From: Candidatus Iainarchaeum sp.
GTDB lineage: Archaea; B1Sed10-29; WALL01
Direction: 5' to 3'
Length of the DNA stretch: 64,000 bases
NCBI GenBank assembly: GCA_023129115.1
Contig: JAGMCR010000001.1
Span: 1 to 64,000 of the forward strand
Shown in pieces: positions 28,500-39,042 of the stretch. Within the stretch, counting starts at the first letter, position 1, and every line of letters starts with the position of its first letter. Below the pieces are notes generated by a model, which did not search any database, was not told the DNA's origin, and saw only the letters and a program-made list of their open reading frames with translations. The translations under genes and the position numbers were made by a program.

Positions 28500-28673
28500 C
28501 TAGGCCTCGATGGCGCTGACGGGGCACGCGTTCTTTGCCGCCTCGACACAGTCTGCGTCGGCCGCGCCGTCCTTCGCGTGTGACTTTCCGTCGTCCCCCA
28601 TTTCGAATGCGTCCGGGCACGTGGCGACACAGGCGCCGCACCCGATGCACAGCTCCTTGTTTACGGTAACCAT
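28500..28673 (-). CDS. Monocluster ferredoxin (57 aa)
   Basis: Hand translation MVTVNKELCIGCGACVATCPDAF...CPVSAIEA; not in ORF track. Confidence 0.93.
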   Translation of the reverse strand: MVTVNKELCIGCGACVATCPDAFEMGDDGKSHAKDGAADADCVEAAKNACPVSAIEA

Positions 28674-28683
28674 TTTGTTTCAC

Positions 28684-28845
28684 CTATAACTCAATTGCGT
28701 TGACGGGGCACACGTTCTTCGCGGCTTCCGCGCAATCGCTGCTTTCCTTGGCGTGGGCTTTGCCGTCGCTGCCCATCTCAAAGCTCGCGGGGCATACAAC
28801 AACGCACGCGCCGCACCCGATGCAAGTTGCATTCACTTTAACCAT
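28684..28845 (-). CDS. Monocluster ferredoxin (53 aa), tandem paralog
   Basis: Hand translation MVKVNATCIGCGACVVVCPASF...CPVNAIEL; not in ORF track. Confidence 0.93.
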   Translation of the reverse strand: MVKVNATCIGCGACVVVCPASFEMGSDGKAHAKESSDCAEAAKNVCPVNAIEL

Positions 28846-28851
28846 GGTTTA

Positions 28852-29049
28852 TCACTCCTTAATGGATTCGTTGAGCTTCTTCACGACCCCGCCGGCGTCA
28901 ATCCCGTGCGCCTGGCAGCCCTGTTCCAGCGTCTCGTACTGCGCGAGCGCGCAGCCGATGCAGTGGAACCCCGCCTCGGCGAGGACTGGCACGGCCTCGG
29001 GGTGGTTCGTCACGAGCTCCATGATGTTGATGTCCTTTGTAATGGCCAT
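28852..29049 (-). CDS. DUF1858 domain protein
   Basis: ITKDINIMELVTNHPE...GFHCIGC...ETLEQGCQAHGID. Confidence 0.9.
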   Translation of the reverse strand: MAITKDINIMELVTNHPEAVPVLAEAGFHCIGCALAQYETLEQGCQAHGIDAGGVVKKLNESIKE

Positions 29050-29149
29050 GCTGGTTTGTTGCCGCACCGCCTATTTAATCTTTTCCTCGTCGCTTGACGG
29101 GAAAACCATTATATATTGTTTCTCCTCTAACACCACACAGGTGTAACAA

Positions 29150-29824
29150 ATGCTTTCCCCCAAACAACTATTTTTCATTCTAGCCTTCAGCGTCCTCGTG
29201 CTGGTTGGCAGCCAAATAAACTTTTCGCCGCTGCTCGGGGCAGACAACCAGTTCTTCACGCTGTTCCAGTTCTTCGGCCCGACCGCAGGCGCGTTTTTGG
29301 GGCCGGTCGTCGGAGCGGCATCCGTGCTCCTCGCGCAGCTCGCCAACTTCGTGCTCGCCGGCAAAGAAGTCACAATAATTAACTTATTCCGCCTCACGCC
29401 CATGCTCTTCGCGGCCGCGTACTTCGGCTCAAAGGGCCTCCGCCAGCGCTATTTCGCAGTGATTCCCCTGCTGGCCATGGCCGCGTTCTGGCTCCACCCA
29501 GTGGGGCAGGAGGCTTGTTGGTTCTATGCGCTGTACTGGCTCATCCCGATTGTGGTGACCCTCAAGCCCGGCCTCGTGTCGCGCTCCGTGGGGGCGACGT
29601 TCACCGCGCACGCCGTGGGCAGCGTCGCGTTCCTCTACGCAGTGCCGACCACCGCTGCATTGTGGATTGGCCTCATACCAGTCGTTGCGCTCGAGCGTGG
29701 GCTGTTCTCGCTCGGGATTGCGGGCAGTTACGTCGTGTTCAACACCGTGATGGCCCGGCTTGAGCTGCCGGTGTTCGACATCGACAAGCGGTATGTGCTG
29801 TCGAAGAAATTATTGCTTGGGTGA
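29150..29824 (+). CDS. Membrane protein, possibly ECF-transporter S-component-like
   Basis: About 6-7 TM, GAFLGPVVGA motif. Confidence 0.65.
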   Translation: MLSPKQLFFILAFSVLVLVGSQINFSPLLGADNQFFTLFQFFGPTAGAFLGPVVGAASVLLAQLANFVLAGKEVTIINLFRLTPMLFAAAYFGSKGLRQRYFAVIPLLAMAAFWLHPVGQEACWFYALYWLIPIVVTLKPGLVSRSVGATFTAHAVGSVAFLYAVPTTAALWIGLIPVVALERGLFSLGIAGSYVVFNTVMARLELPVFDIDKRYVLSKKLLLG

Positions 29825-29829
29825 AACAA

Positions 29830-30888
29830 ATGGCGAAAAAGAAAGCGACAAAGAAAAAAGCAACGGCCAAGAAAGCCGTGAAGAAAAAAACGGCAGTGGA
29901 GAAGCCGGCAGAGCAAGCAGTCAAGGTCGAGCCCAAGCCCCGCATCACGAAGAGGCAGGCCTACGCCATTGCCGCGTTCGTCGCCATCGCCATCGCAGCG
30001 CTCGTGTGGCTCTCGTTCCCACAGGTTCTCGCGCCCGCGGGAGAGCCACCGTCCATAGCCCCGGCACCAACGGCAACGCCCGTGCCCGCGTCCATCACAA
30101 CGCTCACCATAATCAATGACCCAACGTGCGGTGTGTGCGGCGAAAACAACCTGCCCGAAGTAATGGCTATGGTCTTCTCTGAAATCGAAATCACTGAAGT
30201 CGACGCAGCCGACGCACAGGGCCTGATTGAGTCGCTCAACATCAAGGCGCTGCCGGCGTACGTGTTCAGCGAGGGCATCACCCAAACAGCGAACTTTACC
30301 AACACCCAGGCATCCTTCCGGCAGGAAGGCGACTACTACGTGCTTGACGAGCGTGCTGTTCCCGACCTGCCCGCGAGGTACTTCAAGCCCCCGGCAGAGG
30401 CAGGCGAGCCGAGCAAGGGCTCGAACAGCGCGGGAGTCACAATCATTGAGTTCACGGACCCCACGTGCGGCGCGTGCAGGATTTTCTACCAAAACACCAC
30501 ATCCATGCTCGAGAACGAGTACCCCGAGGACGTGAGGTTTGTGTTCAAGACCATGCCCATCAGCGAGTACACTCTCCCCGCCACACTGGCGATGGAGTGC
30601 GCGTTCCGCCAGGGCAAGTTCTGGACCTACACGTATGAGCTCTACGGTGGCCGCAACGTGTCCACTGCCAGGCTGGCCGAAGTCGCGGCAGCCGCCGGCC
30701 TCAACATGGAGGCCTTCCAAGCGTGCGTCGCGGGCGATGACGCGCTCAACGAAATCCTTGGCGACCAGGCAGAGGCCATGGAGTATGCGGTCGTCGCCAC
30801 GCCAACGATTTTCATCAACGGCATAAAGCTGACCGGCATCCCCCCCGAGGAAACGCTCAAGGAAATAATCGACGCGGAGCTGGCTTGA
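29830..30888 (+). CDS. DsbA/thioredoxin-fold membrane-anchored oxidoreductase
   Basis: Lys-rich N-terminus, TM, two CxxC (CGVC, IIEFTDPTCGAC), QGKFW, ATPTIFING. Confidence 0.9.
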   Translation: MAKKKATKKKATAKKAVKKKTAVEKPAEQAVKVEPKPRITKRQAYAIAAFVAIAIAALVWLSFPQVLAPAGEPPSIAPAPTATPVPASITTLTIINDPTCGVCGENNLPEVMAMVFSEIEITEVDAADAQGLIESLNIKALPAYVFSEGITQTANFTNTQASFRQEGDYYVLDERAVPDLPARYFKPPAEAGEPSKGSNSAGVTIIEFTDPTCGACRIFYQNTTSMLENEYPEDVRFVFKTMPISEYTLPATLAMECAFRQGKFWTYTYELYGGRNVSTARLAEVAAAAGLNMEAFQACVAGDDALNEILGDQAEAMEYAVVATPTIFINGIKLTGIPPEETLKEIIDAELA

Positions 30889-31253
30889 TGAACGTCGCCA
30901 TAATCGGCGCGTCCAACGACAGGGACAACTGGGGAAACAAGGCCGTCCGTGCGTACCAAACCATGGGCTGGACAGTGTTCCCCATCAACCCGCACGAAAG
31001 AGAAGTCGAGGGCATCGAGGCCTACAAGTCCGTGACGGCAGTGCCGTACAAACTCGACCGCTTTGCACTGTACGTCCCGCCCGAAGAGGGGGCCAAGCTC
31101 GTGAGCCAATTGCGGAAGGTCGGCGCAAAAGAAGTTTTTGTGAAACCCGGCGCCGAGTCCGACGAGTTAATCGAGGCCCTCAAAAAGGCAGGGATAAAGC
31201 CCTTGCCCCAGTGCGCGATAAAAGCAATCGGTGTCGACCCGAGCAGACTCTAA
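30888..31253 (+). CDS. CoA-binding domain protein
   Basis: VAIIGAS, VFPINP, VEGIEAY, PGAES. Confidence 0.9.
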   Translation: MNVAIIGASNDRDNWGNKAVRAYQTMGWTVFPINPHEREVEGIEAYKSVTAVPYKLDRFALYVPPEEGAKLVSQLRKVGAKEVFVKPGAESDELIEALKKAGIKPLPQCAIKAIGVDPSRL

Positions 31254-31277
31254 CGCTTTTATAAAAGGGAGATAATA

Positions 31278-32447
31278 ATGTCCCCAATGGACCGTGTTTA
31301 CTTTGACCACGCCGCCACCACTCCCGTGCGGGAAGAAGTCCTCGAGGCAATGCAGCCCTACTTCAGCGAGAAGTACGGCAACGCGTCCTCGCTCCACAGC
31401 TTCGGGCAGGAGGCCCGCGAGGCACTCGAAACCAGCCGCGCTACTGTCGCCAAACTTATTGGAGCAAACCCAGAAGAAGTCATTTTCACGGGCAGCGGCA
31501 CAGAGTCCAACAACACAATCCTGAAAGGCACTGCCTTCCACAAAAAAAAGGGCCACATCATCACTTCCGCCATCGAGCACCCCTGCGTCCTGAACGTGTG
31601 CAAGTGGCTCGAAACGCGCGGGTTCGACGTTACTTATTTACCAGTGAACAACGAAGGCATTGTCTCGCCAGGCGACTTTGCAAACGCGTTTAGAAACGAC
31701 ACAATCATCGCGTCTGTAATGACTGCGAACAACGAAATTGGTTCAATCCAGCCCATCGAAGAGCTACAAAAAATCGCGTCCGAGAAAGGCGTGCCGTTCC
31801 ACACCGACGCAGTCCAAGGGTTCGGCAAAATCCCCCTCGCCAGGACAGACGCGCTCACTGTCTCGGCGCACAAGCTCTACGGCCCGAAAGGGGTGGGAGT
31901 GCTCTGCACCAAAGGCATTGACTTCGACCCGCTGCTGCACGGCGGCGGCCACGAGACCGGGAGGCGCTCGGGCACAGAAAACGTCGCTGGCGCCGTGGGC
32001 TTCGCCAGGGCAGCGGAGCTCGCGTTCGCTGAGATGGGCAAGGAAGCAAAGCGGCAAACGGCTTTGCGCGACCAATTAATCGATGGCTTGCTCGCAATCG
32101 ACCGCACGCACTTGAACGGCCCGCGCGAAAAGCGCCTGCCGAACAACGTGAACGTGTGGTTCGAGTTCATCGAGGGAGAGGCGCTCGTGCTCATGCTTGA
32201 CGGCGAGGGAATCGCCGCTTCCACGGGCTCGGCGTGCTCGCAAAAGGAATTGAAGGCGTCGCACGCTCTGCTGGCGCTGGGCCTCGAGGCGCACCAGGCG
32301 CACGGCTCGCTCCGCATGACAATCGGGCGGCCGACGACAGAAAAGGAAGTCGACTACGCGCTCGAAAAAATCCCGCCCGTGGTCCAGCGCCTGCGCAAGA
32401 TGTCGCCGTTCAAGAAAGAGTACGCGGGATTCGGGGGGGAAAAGTGA
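31278..32447 (+). CDS. iscS: Class I cysteine desulfurase (IscS/NifS)
   Basis: YFDHAATTP, HTDAVQ, SAHKLYGPKG, RSGTENV, STGSACS. Confidence 0.96.
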   Translation: MSPMDRVYFDHAATTPVREEVLEAMQPYFSEKYGNASSLHSFGQEAREALETSRATVAKLIGANPEEVIFTGSGTESNNTILKGTAFHKKKGHIITSAIEHPCVLNVCKWLETRGFDVTYLPVNNEGIVSPGDFANAFRNDTIIASVMTANNEIGSIQPIEELQKIASEKGVPFHTDAVQGFGKIPLARTDALTVSAHKLYGPKGVGVLCTKGIDFDPLLHGGGHETGRRSGTENVAGAVGFARAAELAFAEMGKEAKRQTALRDQLIDGLLAIDRTHLNGPREKRLPNNVNVWFEFIEGEALVLMLDGEGIAASTGSACSQKELKASHALLALGLEAHQAHGSLRMTIGRPTTEKEVDYALEKIPPVVQRLRKMSPFKKEYAGFGGEK

Positions 32448-32821
32448 TGGCACTCTACAGCGAAAAAGTGATGGAGCACTTCAAGAACCCGCAGAACATG
32501 GGGAAAATCGAGGGCGCGGACGGAGTTGGAAAAGTCGGAAACGTTATTTGTGGCGATGTGATGTACATATACATCAAGGTAAAGGACAACGTAATCGAGG
32601 ACATCAAGTTCGAGACCTTCGGGTGCGCGGCGGCAATCGCCACGAGCTCGATGATGACCGAGCTCGCGAAGGGCAAGACGCTCGACGAGGCAGAGAAAAT
32701 CACGCGCGACGATGTCGCGAACGAGCTCGGCGGCCTCCCCCCTTTAAAAGTCCATTGCAGCAACCTCGCCGCCGACGCGCTGCACGATGCAATCAAGGAC
32801 TACCGGAGCAAATCAAAATGA
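32447..32821 (+). CDS. iscU: Fe-S scaffold protein IscU/NifU
   Basis: YSEKVMEHF.NP.N.G, GNVICGD, FETFGC, LPPLKVHCS. Confidence 0.96.
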   Translation: MALYSEKVMEHFKNPQNMGKIEGADGVGKVGNVICGDVMYIYIKVKDNVIEDIKFETFGCAAAIATSSMMTELAKGKTLDEAEKITRDDVANELGGLPPLKVHCSNLAADALHDAIKDYRSKSK

Positions 32822-34014
32822 ACGTGCGCCAGGACTTCCCAATACTCGAGAAGAGGATTAACGGAAGCCCAATCATTTACATGGACAGCGCGTGCATGGC
32901 GCTGAAGCCAAGGCAAGTCGTCGACGCCATGAACGAGTACTACACAGACTTCACAGCGTGCCACGGCAGGAGCGCGCACGCGTTCGCGCAGGAGACCACG
33001 CGCCGCTTCGAGGCCGCTCGCCAAACGGTCGCAAAGTTCATCGGCGCGGCAAGCAGCGAAGTCGTCTTCACGCGCAACACGACCGAGGCAATCAACATCG
33101 TCGCCAACGGCCTTGACTTGGTAGGCGGCACGGTCGTCACCACTAACCTGGAGCACAACTCCAACCTTTTGCCGTGGCTCCGCCTGTCCAAGCAGGGAGT
33201 CACGCACAAAATGGTCCCGGTCGAGGAAAACGGCGCGCTCGACTTGGAAAAGCTTGCCGAGGCCGTCGACAAAAACACTCGCCTGGTCTCGCTCGTGCAC
33301 ACTTCCAACGTGACCGGCGCGACTATTGACGCGCGCGAGGCAGCGAAGATTGCGCACGACAATGATGCCCTTCTCCTGCTGGACTCTGCGCAGGCGGCGC
33401 CCCACGTTCCAATCAACGCCAAAAAGAGCGGCGTGGACTTCCTCGCGTTCTCGGGCCACAAGATGCTCGGCCCCTCGGGGACCGGCGCCTTGTACGGCAA
33501 GAAGGCCCTTCTCGAGGAGCTGGACCAGTTCATCGTTGGCGGCAGCACGGTCAAGGACGTTTCGGCGGACGGCTGGGTGCCGGAGGAAGTGCCCGGCAGG
33601 TTCGAGGCGGGGCTGCAGGACTACGCGGGAGTGCTTGGGTTCGCGGCGGCGGCGGACTACTTGACGCGCATTGGCATGGGCAAGGTGCGGGACTACGAAA
33701 AGGCTTTGGGCGCAAGGCTGCTCGAGGGCTTGGCGGGGATTGACAAGCTCACGGTCATTGGCGGGGACGCTCCGGAGCGCACCGCGCTCGCGTCGTTCGT
33801 TGTTGAGGGAGTGGAGCCGCACGACATCGCGATGATACTGAGCGAGTCGCACAATATTTTCCTGCGGTCGGGCATGCACTGCGCGCACTTTTACCACAAG
33901 GAGGTGGGCCTGCCGAAGGGGACTGTCCGAGCAAGCCTTTATATTTACAGCACTGAAGAAGAAATAGACACTTTCGTGTCCGCGCTTTCGGGCGCCGTAA
34001 ACACTTTCGCGTGA
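32818..34014 (+). CDS. sufS: Class II cysteine desulfurase (SufS/CsdA-like)
   Basis: VRQDFPIL, EHNSN, FSGHKMLGPSG, RFEAG, RSGMHCA. Confidence 0.9.
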   Translation: MNVRQDFPILEKRINGSPIIYMDSACMALKPRQVVDAMNEYYTDFTACHGRSAHAFAQETTRRFEAARQTVAKFIGAASSEVVFTRNTTEAINIVANGLDLVGGTVVTTNLEHNSNLLPWLRLSKQGVTHKMVPVEENGALDLEKLAEAVDKNTRLVSLVHTSNVTGATIDAREAAKIAHDNDALLLLDSAQAAPHVPINAKKSGVDFLAFSGHKMLGPSGTGALYGKKALLEELDQFIVGGSTVKDVSADGWVPEEVPGRFEAGLQDYAGVLGFAAAADYLTRIGMGKVRDYEKALGARLLEGLAGIDKLTVIGGDAPERTALASFVVEGVEPHDIAMILSESHNIFLRSGMHCAHFYHKEVGLPKGTVRASLYIYSTEEEIDTFVSALSGAVNTFA

Positions 34015-34019
34015 TTGTT

Positions 34020-35021
34020 ATGAAAAAGTTTTTTGTTCTCGCACTAATCGTTTTGCTCGTGGGCTGCACGCAGCCAGAGGCGACCCCTGCTCCGGCCGCA
34101 ACGCCTACTCCCACTCTAACCGGGGGGCCGTCGGTTGACGGCCCCCCCAGTTCTTCTGGGAATGAGTCCGCCAGCCCCCGGGAAAACGAGTCTATCCCAA
34201 CCCCAACCCCTGACCCGTACTTGTCCGTCGACGTGGGCCAGGTGCTGGAGAAAGGGCTTTTCGAGCTAACGATTGTGTCTGTCGGGGAATACACCCACAC
34301 GACGCCGTTCGGCGAGGAAGTCATGGACTACCGCGTGGACCTTGGGATACAGAACACCGCGGGCACTGAAGAAGAGTACTGGTTCGATTACGAGCTCCAC
34401 GGCGACTCTGGGCAGTACCCGGTGCAGTGGTATTCCCCGCTTTACGCAAAGGGCGTGCTCGGCGCGAGAGAAAAGCTAAGCAGCTCCGTGCTTTACGGCG
34501 TCGGCGGCAGCAAGGGCCCGTTCAAGCTTCTGGTGCGGTCGATTCCGCTGTCGAGGAACGACTACATGGACGTAATCGGCGAGAACGAGCTGGACAAGCC
34601 GGTCGTGGGGGTAATCAACTACGGCGACACTTGCGGCGAGAGCGCGCTGGCCGACGACTACCTCGGCCCGCTCGCGGGCACCGGCGCGTGCGGCGGCATT
34701 TCCGCGGCGCGGGACTGGTTCAACTACCCGTCGTGGATTGAGGAGGGTGTCGTGATTACGCGGCTCAAGCTCAAGAACAACGCTGAAGAGCCGGCCACGG
34801 TCTTTGTGGTGGACGAGGTGCCGGCAAGGTGGGGCGTAACCGCGCGGGACCTGTCGTATACGCATGAGCCTATTTTCCTGGACGATTACCACCCCGCGTG
34901 GTTCGTGAGGCTGGGCAGGAACGAGATTTGGGTGACGCAGGTGAATTTCACGACGTATCTCGAGCAGTCCGAAATCGAGGCTTTGCCGAAGCCAGTGGCC
35001 ACGGCAGTGGATTACGCTTAA
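34020..35021 (+). CDS. Hypothetical lipoprotein
   Basis: MKK + hydrophobic + LVGC lipobox, PT linker, acidic beta-rich body. Confidence 0.8.
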   Translation: MKKFFVLALIVLLVGCTQPEATPAPAATPTPTLTGGPSVDGPPSSSGNESASPRENESIPTPTPDPYLSVDVGQVLEKGLFELTIVSVGEYTHTTPFGEEVMDYRVDLGIQNTAGTEEEYWFDYELHGDSGQYPVQWYSPLYAKGVLGAREKLSSSVLYGVGGSKGPFKLLVRSIPLSRNDYMDVIGENELDKPVVGVINYGDTCGESALADDYLGPLAGTGACGGISAARDWFNYPSWIEEGVVITRLKLKNNAEEPATVFVVDEVPARWGVTARDLSYTHEPIFLDDYHPAWFVRLGRNEIWVTQVNFTTYLEQSEIEALPKPVATAVDYA

Positions 35022-35048
35022 ATACCCTAATCACCCTATTATTATGCG

Positions 35049-37280
35049 GTGACTACTTTGAGGAAAGGCCAGGGCTCTCTTGAATATTTGCTTATTTTGG
35101 CGGCGATTCTCGCGATTGCCGTTGTAGTCGTTCTTGTCGCGAACGCTGTGCTGGGCACTCCGTCCGAGGCAGCGGTTGCGCAGCAAGACAAGTACAACCT
35201 CGCGCTGAAGGGGTTCGATGTGAGGGGGTACGACAAGCCGTACGTGCCGGGAGAGCCTGACACGCTGCCCACGTCCATCCTGGGCGGCGGCAGTGAATAC
35301 TTTTACAATGACAGCGCCCCGCCGGACGACGCCGTGAAAATCGGGGAAATCACTGACTCCAGCGGAGACAAGCACACCCTCTACACCAGTGGTGGAGGGG
35401 GCGGCAGCAGCGGCAGCTACCACGTCAAGAAAAAGAAGCCGAAGCCGACTCCGGAGCCAGAGTGCGAGTCCGACTCTGACTGTGACGAGGACGAGAAGTG
35501 CACTTCTGGAAAATGCGTCAAGGAAGACGAATGCGAGGACGACGATGACTGTGACGAGGGCTATGTGTGCACGGGCGGCTCCTGTGTCGAGGAAGACGAA
35601 TGCGAGTCTGACTCCGACTGCGACGGGGGCTATGTCTGTGAGGATGGCTCCTGTGTAAAGGGACCTGAGTGCACGCATGACGATAATTGCACCACTGGCT
35701 ATGTCTGCAAGGACGGCGACTGTGTAGCCAAGGGCTGCACGACCGACTCTGACTGTCTCGCGGGCTTCAAGTGCGTCAGCAACAAGTGCGCCGACATCAC
35801 ACCACCGGTGATTAGCTCAATGTACCTGCAGGGCAACTTGGAGACTGGTCACAGTTCCACTCGCACCAACACTGAAGCAGTCACGGTGTTGCTGGCCGCT
35901 TCCGACGCGGAGTCCGAGGTGCACATGTGCGGCTTCAGCAACGACAATGTGACGTTCACGTGGAGCAGCTACAACGACAGCCTCTGGATAACAAGTACGC
36001 CGTGGACTATACCCACAGGGAATGGCACCAAGACAGTGCACAGCCTGTGCAACGACACGTGGGGCAATGAGGCCTACGCAAGCAACACGATTGTCCTCAC
36101 GCTCTACAGCAACGTGAAGTCCACTTCGTTCTCTGTTGGTGGGAGCAGCACTGGCTCCTCCAGTGGGTGCTGGCTGAACATGTATCACCAGCTAGACCTA
36201 CCCGGCGTGTGCAGGATGTCCACTTCCGAGATTTACTTTGATGACATGGGGTGGGACATGCCCTATAACATCGAGTCAACAACGTACAGGTATTACTACG
36301 CGGAGGATGGCAACGTTTCCATCGGCGGCAACGTCACTTACTTTACTGCGTGCGAGAGCTACAGCGGCAAGCCGGCGGACAAGCGGCGGTGGTCGATTAT
36401 TGAGTGCTACGCCACGAGCACTGGCGCTGGCATCCGTGGGGGCGGCAGCGGCTCGTGCAACGACGACGAGACTTGTGACGCTGGCGAGGACTCCTGGTTC
36501 TGCCCCGGCGACTGCCCCTATGACGCGAACGACTTTGCGGGGCGTGGCTATGTCTTTGGCCTGCAAGTATGTAAGGACGCATGCCCCGACGAGAACTGCT
36601 TTGCTGATTCGTGTAACACTTGCTGGACTGATGGCACACAATGCGCTGCCTGTAACACTTACTTGTCTGCGTATTGCGAGAACGCGACGGGATACCCCTC
36701 GTGGACCTGCGGCTCCTTTGGCTGTGAAAGCGGCGAAGACGTTTTCAATTGCCCGCAGGACTGCTGCGCATCGGACTGCACTGGCCCGCCCGGCAGCAAC
36801 TGCAAGGACGAGTGCAAGGGGTACAATGGCTGTACCACGGTCAGCGCCTCTTGTGACAGCAAGAGCCCAGGGAAGTCTTGTTCCGACAGCTACACTCTCC
36901 TAACTTGCTGCGGCGGCGCGACGCAGGACTGCAGCGCTATTGGGGGAAAGTGTTTCGAGTATGGGGATACTGCCCAGTGTGTCGTATGTGACAACGACGG
37001 CATCTGCGAAACAAATGAAGACGTCGTGGGCTGCCCAAACGATTGCTGCTTGTCCAACTGCACGGGCGATGTCGGCGGTTCCGGCTCTGACGGCATTTGC
37101 CACAAGAACTGCGATGGGAAATCCGGATGCTCTTTCGCTGACTCGGTTTGCGACGGAGAAGACGTTGATGCATATGTCTGTGTTGACGAAGACACCCGTG
37201 TACAGTGTTGCGATGGGTCGACAACGGACTGTGGACTTTATGAATACTGCTGGGATGGTGTTTGTGCGGCTCCCATGTAA
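35049..37280 (+). CDS. Class III signal peptide-bearing, large Cys-rich surface protein
   Basis: RKGQGSLEYL + hydrophobic helix; C-x-x-D-x-D-C...C...G.C repeats; CPxDC repeats; Ig-like middle segment. Confidence 0.85.
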   Translation: MTTLRKGQGSLEYLLILAAILAIAVVVVLVANAVLGTPSEAAVAQQDKYNLALKGFDVRGYDKPYVPGEPDTLPTSILGGGSEYFYNDSAPPDDAVKIGEITDSSGDKHTLYTSGGGGGSSGSYHVKKKKPKPTPEPECESDSDCDEDEKCTSGKCVKEDECEDDDDCDEGYVCTGGSCVEEDECESDSDCDGGYVCEDGSCVKGPECTHDDNCTTGYVCKDGDCVAKGCTTDSDCLAGFKCVSNKCADITPPVISSMYLQGNLETGHSSTRTNTEAVTVLLAASDAESEVHMCGFSNDNVTFTWSSYNDSLWITSTPWTIPTGNGTKTVHSLCNDTWGNEAYASNTIVLTLYSNVKSTSFSVGGSSTGSSSGCWLNMYHQLDLPGVCRMSTSEIYFDDMGWDMPYNIESTTYRYYYAEDGNVSIGGNVTYFTACESYSGKPADKRRWSIIECYATSTGAGIRGGGSGSCNDDETCDAGEDSWFCPGDCPYDANDFAGRGYVFGLQVCKDACPDENCFADSCNTCWTDGTQCAACNTYLSAYCENATGYPSWTCGSFGCESGEDVFNCPQDCCASDCTGPPGSNCKDECKGYNGCTTVSASCDSKSPGKSCSDSYTLLTCCGGATQDCSAIGGKCFEYGDTAQCVVCDNDGICETNEDVVGCPNDCCLSNCTGDVGGSGSDGICHKNCDGKSGCSFADSVCDGEDVDAYVCVDEDTRVQCCDGSTTDCGLYEYCWDGVCAAPM

Positions 37281-37392
37281 CTAGCGTAAAGCCCATATCC
37301 ATCAAAGCGTTACCTTTAAATAAAACGCTCTTCAAAATGGATATCCACTGATTTAGTGATTATTTTAACGTGTTTAAACGGAGTGATATGAA

Positions 37393-39042
37393 ATGACTCA
37401 ATTAACCGGACAACCGATTTTGGTCCTCCCGGAGGGCGCGCAGCGCCTTTTGGGCAGGGACGCGCAGCGGTCCAACATCGCTGTGGCAAAGGCAATAGCT
37501 AACGCAATCCGAAGCACGCTCGGGCCCAAGGGCATGGACAAGATGCTCGTGGACGACTTGGGCGACGTAGTGATTACGAACGACGGCGCGGCAATCCTCA
37601 ACGAGATGAGTGTCGAGCACCCGGCCGGCAAGATGATGGTCGAGGTCGCAAGGACACAGGACGAGGAAGTCGGCGACGGCACCACCACTGCAGTGGTCAT
37701 CGCTGGCGAGCTGCTCAAGAACGCGGAAGACCTGCTCGAAAAGAAAATCCACCCCAGCATCGTCATCCGCGGCTACGACATGGCTGCCGCGAAGTGCCTT
37801 GAGGCGCTCGAAGAAAAAGCCGAAAAAGTCGAGTTCTCGGACGACAAGCTCCTGCGCCAAATGGCGTTCGTCGCCATGACCGGCAAAGGATCAGGGCGCG
37901 CGGGCGGGCACTTCTCCGAAATCGCGGTCAAGGCCGTGAAGCAGGTCGCTGACCACGCAGACGGAAAAGTCTCGATTGACAGCGACTACATCAAGCTCGA
38001 GAAGAAGCAGGGCGGAGACCTAGTCGACACCTCGCTCATCAGCGGCGTCGTCATCGACAAGGAGCGCGTGCACCCCGGCATGCCCAAGCTCACCAAGAAC
38101 GCGAGAATCGCGCTGCTCGACTCCGCGCTTGAGGTAAAGTCCACTGAGACGGACTCGGCAATCCAGATTACTTCGCCGGACCAGCTCCAGGCATTCCTCG
38201 CACAGGAAGAAAACATGCTGAAGGAAATGGTCAACGAAGTCGTGAACAGCGGCGCCAACGTCTTCTTCTGCCAGAAGGGCATCGACGACATGGCCCAGCA
38301 CTTCCTCGCGAAGGCAGGCGTCGTGGCCGTGCGCAGGGTCAAGAAGAGCGACATGGAAAAGCTCGCCAGGGCAACTGGCGCCAACGTCGTGACGAACATC
38401 CACGACTTGTCCAAGGACGACCTCGGGAAGGCGGGAGTCGTCGAGGAGCGCAAGATTGCCGGCGAAGACATGATTTTCGTCGAAGAATGCAAGGACCCCA
38501 AGGCCGTGACCATCCTGGTCCGCGGCGGCACCGAGCACGTTGTTGACGAGGCCGAGCGCGCCTTGGTCGACGCAATCGGCGTTGTTTCTTCCGCTCTCGA
38601 GGACGAGAAGTACGTCATTGGCGGCGGGTGCATCGAGGTCGAGCTGGCCCTCGATCTGCAGGACTATGCCAAGACAGTGGGCGGCCGCGAGCAGCTGGCA
38701 ATCAGCGCGTTCGCGAACGCGCTCGAGGTAATCCCAAGGACTCTCGCCGAGTCCGCGGGAATGGACTCCATCGACACCCTTGTCGAATTGCGCGCGAAGC
38801 ACGAGAAGGGCAAGAGGGACCTCGGCGTCGACGTAATGGCCGCGAAGACCGCTGGCATGAGTGGACTGCACGTGTTCGAGCCCGCGAAAATCAAGAAGCA
38901 GGCGATTACGAGCGCGAGCGAGGTCGCGGAAATGATTCTGCGGATTGACGACATCATTGCCTCAAGCGGAAGCGGCAAGGCCGCGCCCGAAATGCCCCCC
39001 GGCGGAATGGGTGGCATGGGCGGAATGCCCGGCATGATGTAA
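37393..39042 (+). CDS. ths: Thermosome (group II chaperonin) subunit
   Basis: [31 protein letters not shown] tail. Confidence 0.98.
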   Translation: MTQLTGQPILVLPEGAQRLLGRDAQRSNIAVAKAIANAIRSTLGPKGMDKMLVDDLGDVVITNDGAAILNEMSVEHPAGKMMVEVARTQDEEVGDGTTTAVVIAGELLKNAEDLLEKKIHPSIVIRGYDMAAAKCLEALEEKAEKVEFSDDKLLRQMAFVAMTGKGSGRAGGHFSEIAVKAVKQVADHADGKVSIDSDYIKLEKKQGGDLVDTSLISGVVIDKERVHPGMPKLTKNARIALLDSALEVKSTETDSAIQITSPDQLQAFLAQEENMLKEMVNEVVNSGANVFFCQKGIDDMAQHFLAKAGVVAVRRVKKSDMEKLARATGANVVTNIHDLSKDDLGKAGVVEERKIAGEDMIFVEECKDPKAVTILVRGGTEHVVDEAERALVDAIGVVSSALEDEKYVIGGGCIEVELALDLQDYAKTVGGREQLAISAFANALEVIPRTLAESAGMDSIDTLVELRAKHEKGKRDLGVDVMAAKTAGMSGLHVFEPAKIKKQAITSASEVAEMILRIDDIIASSGSGKAAPEMPPGGMGGMGGMPGMM

